Part shown: positions 46,902 to 55,300 of the stretch, piece by piece | Layout of the letters: every line of letters starts with the position of its first letter | How positions within the stretch are numbered: the first letter of the stretch is position 1 | Assembly: GCA_963665665.1 (NCBI GenBank) | Contig: OY762428.1 | Coordinates: forward strand, 1,600,001-1,664,000 | Direction of reading: 5' to 3' | DNA: 64,000 nucleotides | Source of the DNA: Candidatus Kapaibacterium sp. | GTDB lineage: Bacteria > Bacteroidota > Ignavibacteria > Kapaibacteriales > UBA2268 | Translations under genes and position numbers: made by a program | The notes under the pieces: model-generated | Databases searched by the model: none | What the model saw: the letters and a program-made list of their open reading frames with translations, nothing else | Told to the model about the DNA's origin: nothing

Positions 46902-46934
46902 ACAATAATAATTTTTCCCATTGGGAGATATAAA

Positions 46935-49580
46935 ATGAAAAAAATAATATCAATATTAATATTTATACCTCTTCTGTGCACATATCTTTTCGCATCGGAA
47001 GAGCTTACGGGCGGTATTCTCGACGACAAGGTTAATTCCGACCACGAGGATTACGGCGCCTACCTGATTTTTGGCGAAGTTAACGATACTTTGTTCTTTA
47101 CCAGTTCCAGGCCTGTAAAAAACCGCAGACCTATTGCCATGGCCGCCGAGATTTTCTTCTCGGTTAGGCCGGCGGCAGACAGGATGACAAAACCGATAAA
47201 CAAGGGCTGGGGCAAGGCCCAAAGGATAGTCACTGAAGCTTCCCGTATAGCACAGTTTACCAGGGGATCGCAGGCACTGAGCAGCGACAGAATAATATTT
47301 GCCGCTGAGCGCGATATGTCAACAGAAAATGCTTCGGGAACAAGTTATCTGTTCGACTTGTGGCAAATGACCAAGCGGCAAGACGGATTTTCCCTTCCTG
47401 AACCAATCGATGAAGTTAATGATGTTGACGCATGGGATTCGCAGCCTGCGCTTTCCACCGACGGCAAAACGCTGTTTTTTATATCAAACAGGGAAGGCGG
47501 TTCCGGCGGGCTGGATATATGGTATTCAGTAAGGGATGCCTCAGGCAAATGGACGGCTCCGCTTCCCGTACCCAATATCAACACTCCCGGCGACGAATTT
47601 TCACCCCATTGCGGAACCGACGGAAGATTCTATTTCTCGACAAACTGGGATTATGAACAAAACGAGAAAGGCGACAGGGGAAAGGATATTTACCGCGCCG
47701 ATTATAATACTATAAACGGAGTACAGCTGCCGGTTAATCCAATCAATCTTGATGACGCTATCAGGAAAGATGCCGAAACATACGGATTGGCAATTCCCGG
47801 AGATATTTATTACAACTCGGAAGCTGATGACGAATTTCCATTTATAACACCTGACCGCACGGGTATTTTTATTACATCGAATCGCGAAAGCAGCTACGAC
47901 AAACGTGACATTTATGCTTTTAAATTGCCGAAATCAAGGATTATGCTGCGCGTGCTCGTCAGGGAAAAAATACTTGACGCTAACGGTAATGTGCTTGTTC
48001 CGGCAACGCTGAAATCCGGCCTGCCCCTGAATATTGTTGATGAGGCTTCAGGAGTATCCAAGGATATTCTTTCAGGCGAAAACTATGATGTTGATGCAGA
48101 CAGAACATACAGGATTGAGTTTACAAAATTTGTTGAGGAAGAATGCTATCAGAATAAAATCGAAGGGCCGCACGAAATGAAAGTGCTCGCTGCCCGCCCA
48201 TGGGGGCCTGATACACTTTATACAGTTGAAGCTCTTATCACCAGGCAGAAAATTGAGATTCCGCCAATTGTATTCCATTCAACGGACACTCTCCCATACT
48301 TTATAACAGGCTACTGGTATCCAAATACAAGCAAAAATATTGGTATTTACCGCCAGAGGGAAGCTTCAGGATTTTTTGATGAAACAGGTTTCGTGGATTC
48401 CACAGGGCATGACTATGATTTCATCTCCGGTAGAATAGATGATGTTTTTGCAGAAAGAATCTATAAACCGTTGGAAGAACTTCTCCCGGCATTCCAGGAT
48501 TTCTGCCAGGATACATTGTTCCTGAAAGTAACCATACACGGATATACCGATCCGAGGGGGCTTTCCGCCGGGAACGAACACCCGTACAGGCCGCAATCCA
48601 GGTATAAAAGGGTTTATGGTGATGAGACAGTTGAAGTTGGCGTTGATGCCAAAGGGTCTGATCTTGTTATACCCAATGGTATAGATATGTTCAAGCGTAA
48701 ATGGCCTGTCGATCCGAATGATAAAAACGGCAAATGGGTATCGCTTCCCGACGAAGGTGAAGAGGGCAACGTGCTGCTTTCAAAACTCAGGGCTTATTAT
48801 ACTTTCGTAACATTCGACAGGGACATGAGGGAACGCTCGCCGATATATTCGCAGCTTCGCGATAACGGCAGGGTGATTCTTGATGCCGAGGGATTCGGTA
48901 TTGACAAGGATGGATATAAAGAAAGAAATCTGCGGGACGATCCCCAGAGCAGGCGCATCGAGATATATGTTGACATTCTTCGTCCGGAAGAAATTTCAAC
49001 ACATAAGAGAATTAAGGGCGGAACTGAACTGGTAATGAAGTCGCAGCTTATCCAGAATGAAGATACACCTGTTGCTCCGGACAAAAAAGTTGAGGCTCCC
49101 GAAAAGAAAAAAGTGACGGAATTCAATAAGCCAAAGAAAGAAGAACCCAAAGCAACAATAAAGATTAAAGAACCGAAAAAACCGGAAGACGAACCGAAAA
49201 TGTTGACAAATCAGAAACCCGTGAAGCTTGAAGAAATAAAACCCGCGAAGGAAATTAAAGAAAATATCAGCAAGCCGCCGCGTCCGCTTGACCCGCCGGT
49301 TGATATACCTGAAAAGCCAAAGAAGATTGATCTTTGCTGGTCTCTTCACTATAATAATTATGAAGAGAAAAAAGGCGCTGACGATGCAGCCGATATTCTT
49401 CGCACGCACGGCGTTAAGGACGTGAGAGTTGAAGAATACTTTGATAATTTTGGTACTCGCAGCTACAGGCTGCGTTCGGGATGCTATAAAACAGCCAACG
49501 ATGCCGCCGCAGAGATTAAGAACCTGAGGGAAGCAGTAAATGCAATCGGGCTGAACAGTAAGCCTTCGATTGTCAGATAG
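46935..49580 (+). CDS. PD40 propeller + OmpA-like + Lys/Pro/Glu linker + SPOR protein (PorE-like)
   Basis: DSQPALSTDGKTLFFISNREGG.GGLDIW PD40 repeats; IHGYTD...LSKLRA...EGFG...RRIEI OmpA_C; C-terminal YRLRSGCY..A..A SPOR. Confidence 0.8.
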   Translation: MKKIISILIFIPLLCTYLFASEELTGGILDDKVNSDHEDYGAYLIFGEVNDTLFFTSSRPVKNRRPIAMAAEIFFSVRPAADRMTKPINKGWGKAQRIVTEASRIAQFTRGSQALSSDRIIFAAERDMSTENASGTSYLFDLWQMTKRQDGFSLPEPIDEVNDVDAWDSQPALSTDGKTLFFISNREGGSGGLDIWYSVRDASGKWTAPLPVPNINTPGDEFSPHCGTDGRFYFSTNWDYEQNEKGDRGKDIYRADYNTINGVQLPVNPINLDDAIRKDAETYGLAIPGDIYYNSEADDEFPFITPDRTGIFITSNRESSYDKRDIYAFKLPKSRIMLRVLVREKILDANGNVLVPATLKSGLPLNIVDEASGVSKDILSGENYDVDADRTYRIEFTKFVEEECYQNKIEGPHEMKVLAARPWGPDTLYTVEALITRQKIEIPPIVFHSTDTLPYFITGYWYPNTSKNIGIYRQREASGFFDETGFVDSTGHDYDFISGRIDDVFAERIYKPLEELLPAFQDFCQDTLFLKVTIHGYTDPRGLSAGNEHPYRPQSRYKRVYGDETVEVGVDAKGSDLVIPNGIDMFKRKWPVDPNDKNGKWVSLPDEGEEGNVLLSKLRAYYTFVTFDRDMRERSPIYSQLRDNGRVILDAEGFGIDKDGYKERNLRDDPQSRRIEIYVDILRPEEISTHKRIKGGTELVMKSQLIQNEDTPVAPDKKVEAPEKKKVTEFNKPKKEEPKATIKIKEPKKPEDEPKMLTNQKPVKLEEIKPAKEIKENISKPPRPLDPPVDIPEKPKKIDLCWSLHYNNYEEKKGADDAADILRTHGVKDVRVEEYFDNFGTRSYRLRSGCYKTANDAAAEIKNLREAVNAIGLNSKPSIVR

Positions 49581-49598
49581 TTTTTTTATTGAGTGCAA

Positions 49599-49728
49599 GA
49601 GGCTGTCTCACAAGCTGACGATGTTGTCACTCTGAGCGCAGCGAAGAGTCCATAAGCTGCATGAATACTGGATTCTTCACTTCGTTCAGAATGACAAATC
49701 GCAAAATTTCAGAATATAGAAACATCAG
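49599..49728. mobile_element. MITE-like/REP element (copy D)
   Basis: GAGGCTGTCTCA... homologous along its length to 562-712 but lacking the nested CCCGAC..CGGG palindrome. Confidence 0.75.
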
Positions 49729-49760
49729 CTAAAGAACATTGAAAATGAAAGGATTTTAGA

Positions 49761-49870
49761 TTGTCATTCCCCGACACGTCGGGGCATGCTTTCGGAGCGA
49801 AGCAACTGAAGAATCCATTTCTTTCTGCCTTTTCCGGAAGAATAGACTCTTCACTTCGTTCAGAGTGACA
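49761..49870. repeat. REP-like element with nested CCCCGACACGTCGGGG palindrome (copy E)
   Basis: Reverse-complement homologue of 36677-36790. Confidence 0.8.
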
Positions 49871-50022
49871 TCTTTCAAACTTCCGAAGCTTTCTTGATAT
49901 TCTCTCTAATTCCATATACAAAAGAGAATGCTTTGAAAAATCATTGTTTAAAATTTTCGCCAGAATCAGGAAATCGTGAAAAGTATTATAAAGTAAAATA
50001 GAATTAACACAGGAGAAATTAT

Positions 50023-50598
50023 ATGAAGTATGTATTAATTTTGATAATCGCATTTGGCATGGTAGCCTGCCAGTTACCCCAGCAGAAACAGTTCAAAACT
50101 CCGCCGCAGGAAGTTGAACAGCAGGAAATGACAGTTTCGCAAAGCGTTTCGATACCCCAGGACGGAAGCGCGCCAATTGCAGGAATAAGCCAGGTGGACA
50201 ACCCGGATCAGACAGTTACTTTTACATCTGTCGGTGAGAAATTTGACGTGAAGAACGGCCAGGAAGTAAATATAATTTACGACGGGATTGACCCTGAAGA
50301 AACATATATAGTTTATGAATCAACTTTCGACGGCTATTCCCTGGAACTGGCATACAGAAGCGACCCCGTTTCGATTTTCTTCGAAAAGCTTTGCCAGATA
50401 AAGATTGTGGCTAATCCGGCCCTGACCCAGGTTGTAATACCAAAAGAGCTGCGCTACGAGCAGATTATCTGGACGCCCCGTGCCGACGGTACATGGGAAG
50501 TAAGAATCGGAACCACCCAGCGCGGATGCAAAAGCAGCGCTCTAAGGGAATTGCAAAAGCTCAGAGATAAAGGCTACGAGAAATCAGTCCCGAAATAA
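50023..50598 (+). CDS. Lipoprotein with C-terminal SPOR-like motif
   Basis: AGGAG RBS; lipobox MVAC; WEVRIG...SALRELQKLRDKGY. Confidence 0.7.
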   Translation: MKYVLILIIAFGMVACQLPQQKQFKTPPQEVEQQEMTVSQSVSIPQDGSAPIAGISQVDNPDQTVTFTSVGEKFDVKNGQEVNIIYDGIDPEETYIVYESTFDGYSLELAYRSDPVSIFFEKLCQIKIVANPALTQVVIPKELRYEQIIWTPRADGTWEVRIGTTQRGCKSSALRELQKLRDKGYEKSVPK

Positions 50599-50626
50599 GC
50601 AGTAGTTGCAATAATTCTTACAAAGT

Positions 50627-50658
50627 ATTCCCCTTCTTTTTCAGGAGGGGAATTTTTT
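50627..50658. terminator. Terminator between convergent genes
   Basis: ATTCCCCTTCT / AGGAGGGGAAT-TTTTT. Confidence 0.7.
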
Positions 50659-50691
50659 ATTATATATCAATGAATTGAATTAAACACCACT

Positions 50692-52071
50692 CTACTTTGC
50701 CAATACCACCTTGCCGAACTTATAAAAACGTCCTACTGCAAGGCTGTAAAGGTATTCTCCCGATGGCAGGAACGACAGGTCTTCGTTAATAATATACGTG
50801 CCGGCATTTAGAATTCCGGAATCTATTTCTTTAATTATCCGCCCTTCTAAGTCGTACAGGCTTATTACAACCCGGTCGGCAGATTCTAATGTTACTTCAA
50901 AGTTTACATTTCCGTGGCTCGGGTTGGGAAAATTCTTAACGCTGAACGCCCTTCCTTCAAGCACGCTGCTTGGCTCGGATATATATTTATATATATTGCC
51001 GAATTCTCTCGATATTCCCAATACGCAATTTTGTGAATGCATTGCAAAATCTTCGAAATACCCCTGAACAAGACCGTTGACATAAGCTGAATCTCTTTTC
51101 CAACTTTGGCCTCCGTCGCTTGTACGGAACATGTAATACCAGTATCCAAGGGCTATTCCGTTATTAATATCCGTGAAATGTACGTCAATAAGTCCGTCCT
51201 GCTGCGGCGTAATCGTATCGAGTTGAACCTCCCAGTTATACCCTCCGTCAGTGGTATGCATTATCTTTACAACTTCCACATCGTTTGAAACGCTTGGCCG
51301 GCCAACCGCCCACCCGTTCAGGCTGTCAATAAAGCAGATTGTGCACATTCTTTCACTGAATGTATATCTTCTTTCCCAGTTTTTTCCCTGGTCTGTTGTT
51401 GTTAGAATATAGTTCTCAAGGCTATTTGTAAGACCAATTGTAAATATAGCGTTTTCATTTAGAATTTGCACATACTCATAAATTGCAAAATCTGAAGTGT
51501 CATTATTTATTAATTTTTGCCAGCTATCACAACCGTCTGTAGTTAAATATAAATCTCTCCAGGTTGATATTACGCCGGTTTTTTCATCAAAAAATTTAAC
51601 CTGCATTAATTTATCATTTATCCCGTTTAAATTTCGTCTTTCCCAATTCCGGCATTTGTCTTTTGATATCCAGTAGTAGCCTTCTTCACAAACCACAACA
51701 CAGAGCCCCGGGCCGGGGTATGAAATACCCTTTGCCTGCGTTGGCCTGTACAATATATTGACTCCGCCGCTGCCCCATTTCCAAACAAGAGAGTCATTCA
51801 GAGCAACTGACCATGTATTTCCGCCGTCGGTTGTTATCCTTACAAGGGGTTCCTTAATATTTACATTCATCAATGCCGCGTAATTCAGGCTGTCATAAGA
51901 ATCGATTTGCACATACCTTTTTGCAAAATTACCAATTTCATTTGTACCTAACCTGGTTTTTAATGCATCGTAATGATCAATTTTTTCCCAAGTTTGGGAA
52001 TAGGAAGAAACCTGAGTAATTATTAAAAATAAGATTGATTGTATAAAAAAATTATGTAGAAATTTTTTCAT
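50692..52071 (-). CDS. YCF48/BNR-repeat beta-propeller T9SS cargo
   Basis: Repeated TTDGG..W; CTD NFPNPS...LPSGEYLYSL. Confidence 0.88.
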   Translation of the reverse strand: MKKFLHNFFIQSILFLIITQVSSYSQTWEKIDHYDALKTRLGTNEIGNFAKRYVQIDSYDSLNYAALMNVNIKEPLVRITTDGGNTWSVALNDSLVWKWGSGGVNILYRPTQAKGISYPGPGLCVVVCEEGYYWISKDKCRNWERRNLNGINDKLMQVKFFDEKTGVISTWRDLYLTTDGCDSWQKLINNDTSDFAIYEYVQILNENAIFTIGLTNSLENYILTTTDQGKNWERRYTFSERMCTICFIDSLNGWAVGRPSVSNDVEVVKIMHTTDGGYNWEVQLDTITPQQDGLIDVHFTDINNGIALGYWYYMFRTSDGGQSWKRDSAYVNGLVQGYFEDFAMHSQNCVLGISREFGNIYKYISEPSSVLEGRAFSVKNFPNPSHGNVNFEVTLESADRVVISLYDLEGRIIKEIDSGILNAGTYIINEDLSFLPSGEYLYSLAVGRFYKFGKVVLAK

Positions 52072-52095
52072 TTTTTGATTTCCCGATTATATGTT

Positions 52096-52133
52096 AAAAA
52101 TCCATGCGCCAATTTGTTTACTGACGCATGGAT
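52096..52133 (-). terminator. Hairpin/terminator after the Cys-rich gene
   Basis: ATCCATGCG / CGCATGGAT with T-run on the minus strand. Confidence 0.65.
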
Positions 52134-52146
52134 AGATATTATTGAA

Positions 52147-53584
52147 TTAATTCGAATTTAAAATGAATTTCGAGGATCCGATTTTTAAACCATTTATTTT
52201 TACAGATAAATTATAACTTCCTAATGGTTTATCGCTTATATCAATATTTATTAGCAATTCACTACCAGTTTTGTTAATTTCATCATGGAAGACATCATTT
52301 CCTATCAAGTTGCTTATAATTATTTCGACCATACCTTTTTGAGTTGAATTTATTTTCAGTTCAAATATACCGGAGTTAGGATTAGGAATAATTTCAAGCT
52401 TGTCGGCTTGATCCTGTTCAATTAGAATACCGCCTTTTTTAAAACTCAGGTCGGGTTCAAAATCGCATACATAATAGCAGGGCTGTGTTTCATTGTCACA
52501 ATCAAGGCCGCTATATCCTGCATCCAGCAGTGTATAAGTATATGTATCATATATTGTTCGGCAAACTTTATATTGTCCCCAACAGCAGCCCTCCGTATAT
52601 GAACATGGAAGGTAATTATTCGGGGGCGACTGATCATGCATCCAGCAGGAAGCCTGAACAATCCTGAAATTTGTTTTACACTGACCAGGTAGCAAATCGT
52701 TATGTTCACCATATCTTAGCAATATACCCATTACCATTTCATGCAATTGTTGGTTGGTATAATAATTGCAATTTTCACATTGATCAACCATATCATAAGG
52801 GCAATCGTCATATAATTCATATTCCAACAGTCTATAATCTTGATATTCCGGAGTACATCCAATTGTTTCCCTATATTCATACACAACGTGAATATGACAA
52901 TGCGGACAATATGGCAAATCGACTTCAATTTCACTCTGCGTCCATTCGCCAAAATCACAGGGTAAATCGCATAGCACGCTGTAATATGGTTCATACTTGG
53001 GATCGTTACATTTTTCCGTACAAGTAGTGGGGCAGGGTGGCTGGATTGGTTCATTATATAGCCTGTTTGTACTCAGGAATTCCCCGGTATCCTTATCAAA
53101 TAAAACGTAGAAATTATTACGACAGCATCTGCTTGTTTCAGGATCGCATGGTTCGTCGCCATTTACACAACTTCCGGCAATATAGGTATATTGTGTAGAC
53201 CCATAATCAGGAGCAATATTATCCCAATAAAAATTCGGGTACTGTGTTGTTAAATCCTGCCAGAATTTTTTGTAAAAAGCGTCTATTATTTGTTCCGTAT
53301 CAACCCCCAAACAATCATCACCATCATAAAATATACCGGTTATACTCATTTCAACGAATCCGTCATCATTAATATAATAGTAATAAATAACGGTAAAGCA
53401 GCAATCTGTAGAATACATTCCGGGTATTTCATTAGCACATATCTCCATTTCCAAAGGAGATAAACCCGAAAAATCCACATATCCGTCATCACAGGGGGGG
53501 GGGGGTATAATCTTCCCATGGTATTTGGGAATAAACATTTGATAAAGAAAATACAAAAAAGGCAAAAACCAACAAGGTTCTCAT
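52147..53584 (-). pseudogene. Cys-rich T9SS cargo gene, +1 frameshift at a C12 homopolymer (candidate phase-variable, OFF state)
   Basis: ATG 53584 with GGAGGA RBS gives signal peptide MRTLLVFAFFVFSLSNVYS-QIPWEDYT. G12 at 53494-53505 puts it out of frame with the body. Span 1438 nt = 3n+1. Confidence 0.85.
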
Positions 53585-53768
53585 AGTTCCTCCAGAGAAA
53601 TTTGATTAAAAGTAATATCTGTATAAATAATTTAAGAAATATAATTAATTATTCCAAATATATTTATACAAAACAATATTTTAAATATTTTTAAGTTCAT
53701 TTATTGTCTTCCTATGCTTTTTTCTATGATAATAAATTAATTTGCAATGGCTTTTCCATCGAATTTCT

Positions 53769-53776
53769 TATCTTTG
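53769..53776 (+). promoter_or_regulatory. -7 promoter element (TATCTTTG)
   Basis: TAnnTTTG ~50 bp upstream of the MFS gene. Confidence 0.45.
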
Positions 53777-53824
53777 CTGAATTGATTTAGATTAAAGGTT
53801 TTTATTAACAATTTTATTAAAATT

Positions 53825-55231
53825 ATGGCAGATACACAGAAAAAATCAGGCGTAAAGGATTTACCTTTCACCTATTGGATAGCTATTATCTATGAATTTT
53901 TCGAAAGAGGCTCATATTACGGAATGATGAGTATTCTTTCTGTTTACATGATCGATCAGCTTGGATTTGAAAGAATGCAGGTGGGTATTATCAAAGGTAC
54001 CATTCAGCCATTGTTATATATCCTCCCGATATTGACCGGGGCAATCGCTGACCGAATGGGATACAGGAAAACTCTGATGGTGGCATTTACGCTGCTGGGA
54101 GGAGGTTACCTGCTTACCAGCCAGATGACAGAATACACAGGCGTATTCATTGCCCTTGTAATAATGGGCTTTGGCGCGGGAACTTTCAAACCGGTTATTT
54201 CAGGCACAATTGCCAAAGTAACTGACGAAGGAAATAGTACTTCGGCCTTTGGTATTTTCTACTGGACAATCAATATGGGAGCTTTTCTGTTCCCGTTCAT
54301 TCTCGTACCGATCCTCAAATCAATGGATTGGTCTTATATTATAATCGCCTCGGCCATTGGTACAGGCGCAATGATTATTCCAACAATTTTTGTCTATAAA
54401 GAACCACCTAGGGAAGAAATTAAGAAAGAGCCTTTCGGTACAATTATGTCTGAAATATTTCTTAAAATCTGGATGGTAATCAAAAATTGGCGCTTCATGC
54501 TGTTTATTGGAATATACTCCATGTTTTGGATTCTTTATTTCCAGATGTTCGATACAGTATTATGGTATGTAAACGATTTTGTAGATGCCACTCCGTTGAA
54601 TAATTTTATGCAACCATTTATGTGGGACGGATGGCAATTCGGCGTTGAACACGTTACGGTTATCAATGCTCTTACAATTATTTGCCTCCAGTTTTTCATT
54701 ACATTCATTGTAAGAAAAACCCCAGCTCTGCCAACGATGGTAGTTGGTATTACACTCGGTACACTTGGAATGGCTTTACTTTCCGTTGGCACTGGAATAT
54801 GGATATTTATTGCAGGTATTTTCCTGTTTTCAATCGGTGAAATGACTGCTCATCCAAAATTCATATCCTATCTCGGGCTTATTGCTCCGCCTGATAAAAA
54901 AGCGACTTATATGGGTTTTGGTTTTCTGTATGGTTTCTTTGGTTCATTAATAGGCTCTCCTCTCGGCGCTTTCCTTTATGTACAATATGTCGATAACCCG
55001 ACTATTAAATTCATCCAGGAACAAATTACTGCTAAGGGATCCGACCTTGTTCTCGCAGCAAACGCAAGTCGCACGGAAGCCCTTGAAGTTGCCGATAAAC
55101 TAAATTTAACACCCGATCAGCTTCTCCAGCACGCATATACAAGCGAGCTTTGGCTGACATTCAGCGCGATCGGCGTATTTTGTATTATTTCAATACTTAT
55201 TTATCATAAGTTTATTAATAAAGACAAATAA
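53825..55231 (+). CDS. MFS transporter, POT/PTR peptide transporter-like
   Basis: EFFERGSYYG (ExxERFxYY-like), GAIADRMGYRK, FYWTINMG, ~12 TM helices. Confidence 0.9.
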   Translation: MADTQKKSGVKDLPFTYWIAIIYEFFERGSYYGMMSILSVYMIDQLGFERMQVGIIKGTIQPLLYILPILTGAIADRMGYRKTLMVAFTLLGGGYLLTSQMTEYTGVFIALVIMGFGAGTFKPVISGTIAKVTDEGNSTSAFGIFYWTINMGAFLFPFILVPILKSMDWSYIIIASAIGTGAMIIPTIFVYKEPPREEIKKEPFGTIMSEIFLKIWMVIKNWRFMLFIGIYSMFWILYFQMFDTVLWYVNDFVDATPLNNFMQPFMWDGWQFGVEHVTVINALTIICLQFFITFIVRKTPALPTMVVGITLGTLGMALLSVGTGIWIFIAGIFLFSIGEMTAHPKFISYLGLIAPPDKKATYMGFGFLYGFFGSLIGSPLGAFLYVQYVDNPTIKFIQEQITAKGSDLVLAANASRTEALEVADKLNLTPDQLLQHAYTSELWLTFSAIGVFCIISILIYHKFINKDK

Positions 55232-55250
55232 TCGATATAATATTGAATAC

Positions 55251-55285
55251 AAAAAAAGGCTGCCTTTACCCGGCAGCCTTTTTTT
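55251..55285. terminator. Bidirectional intrinsic terminator
   Basis: A7-GGCTGCC / GGCAGCC-T7. Confidence 0.9.
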
Positions 55286-55300
55286 CATAAATCAAAGTAA

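Noticed and set aside
53506-53565. TTG start at 53565 for the 472-aa ORF
   Set aside because: No RBS or signal peptide; the real start is ATG 53584 in another frame
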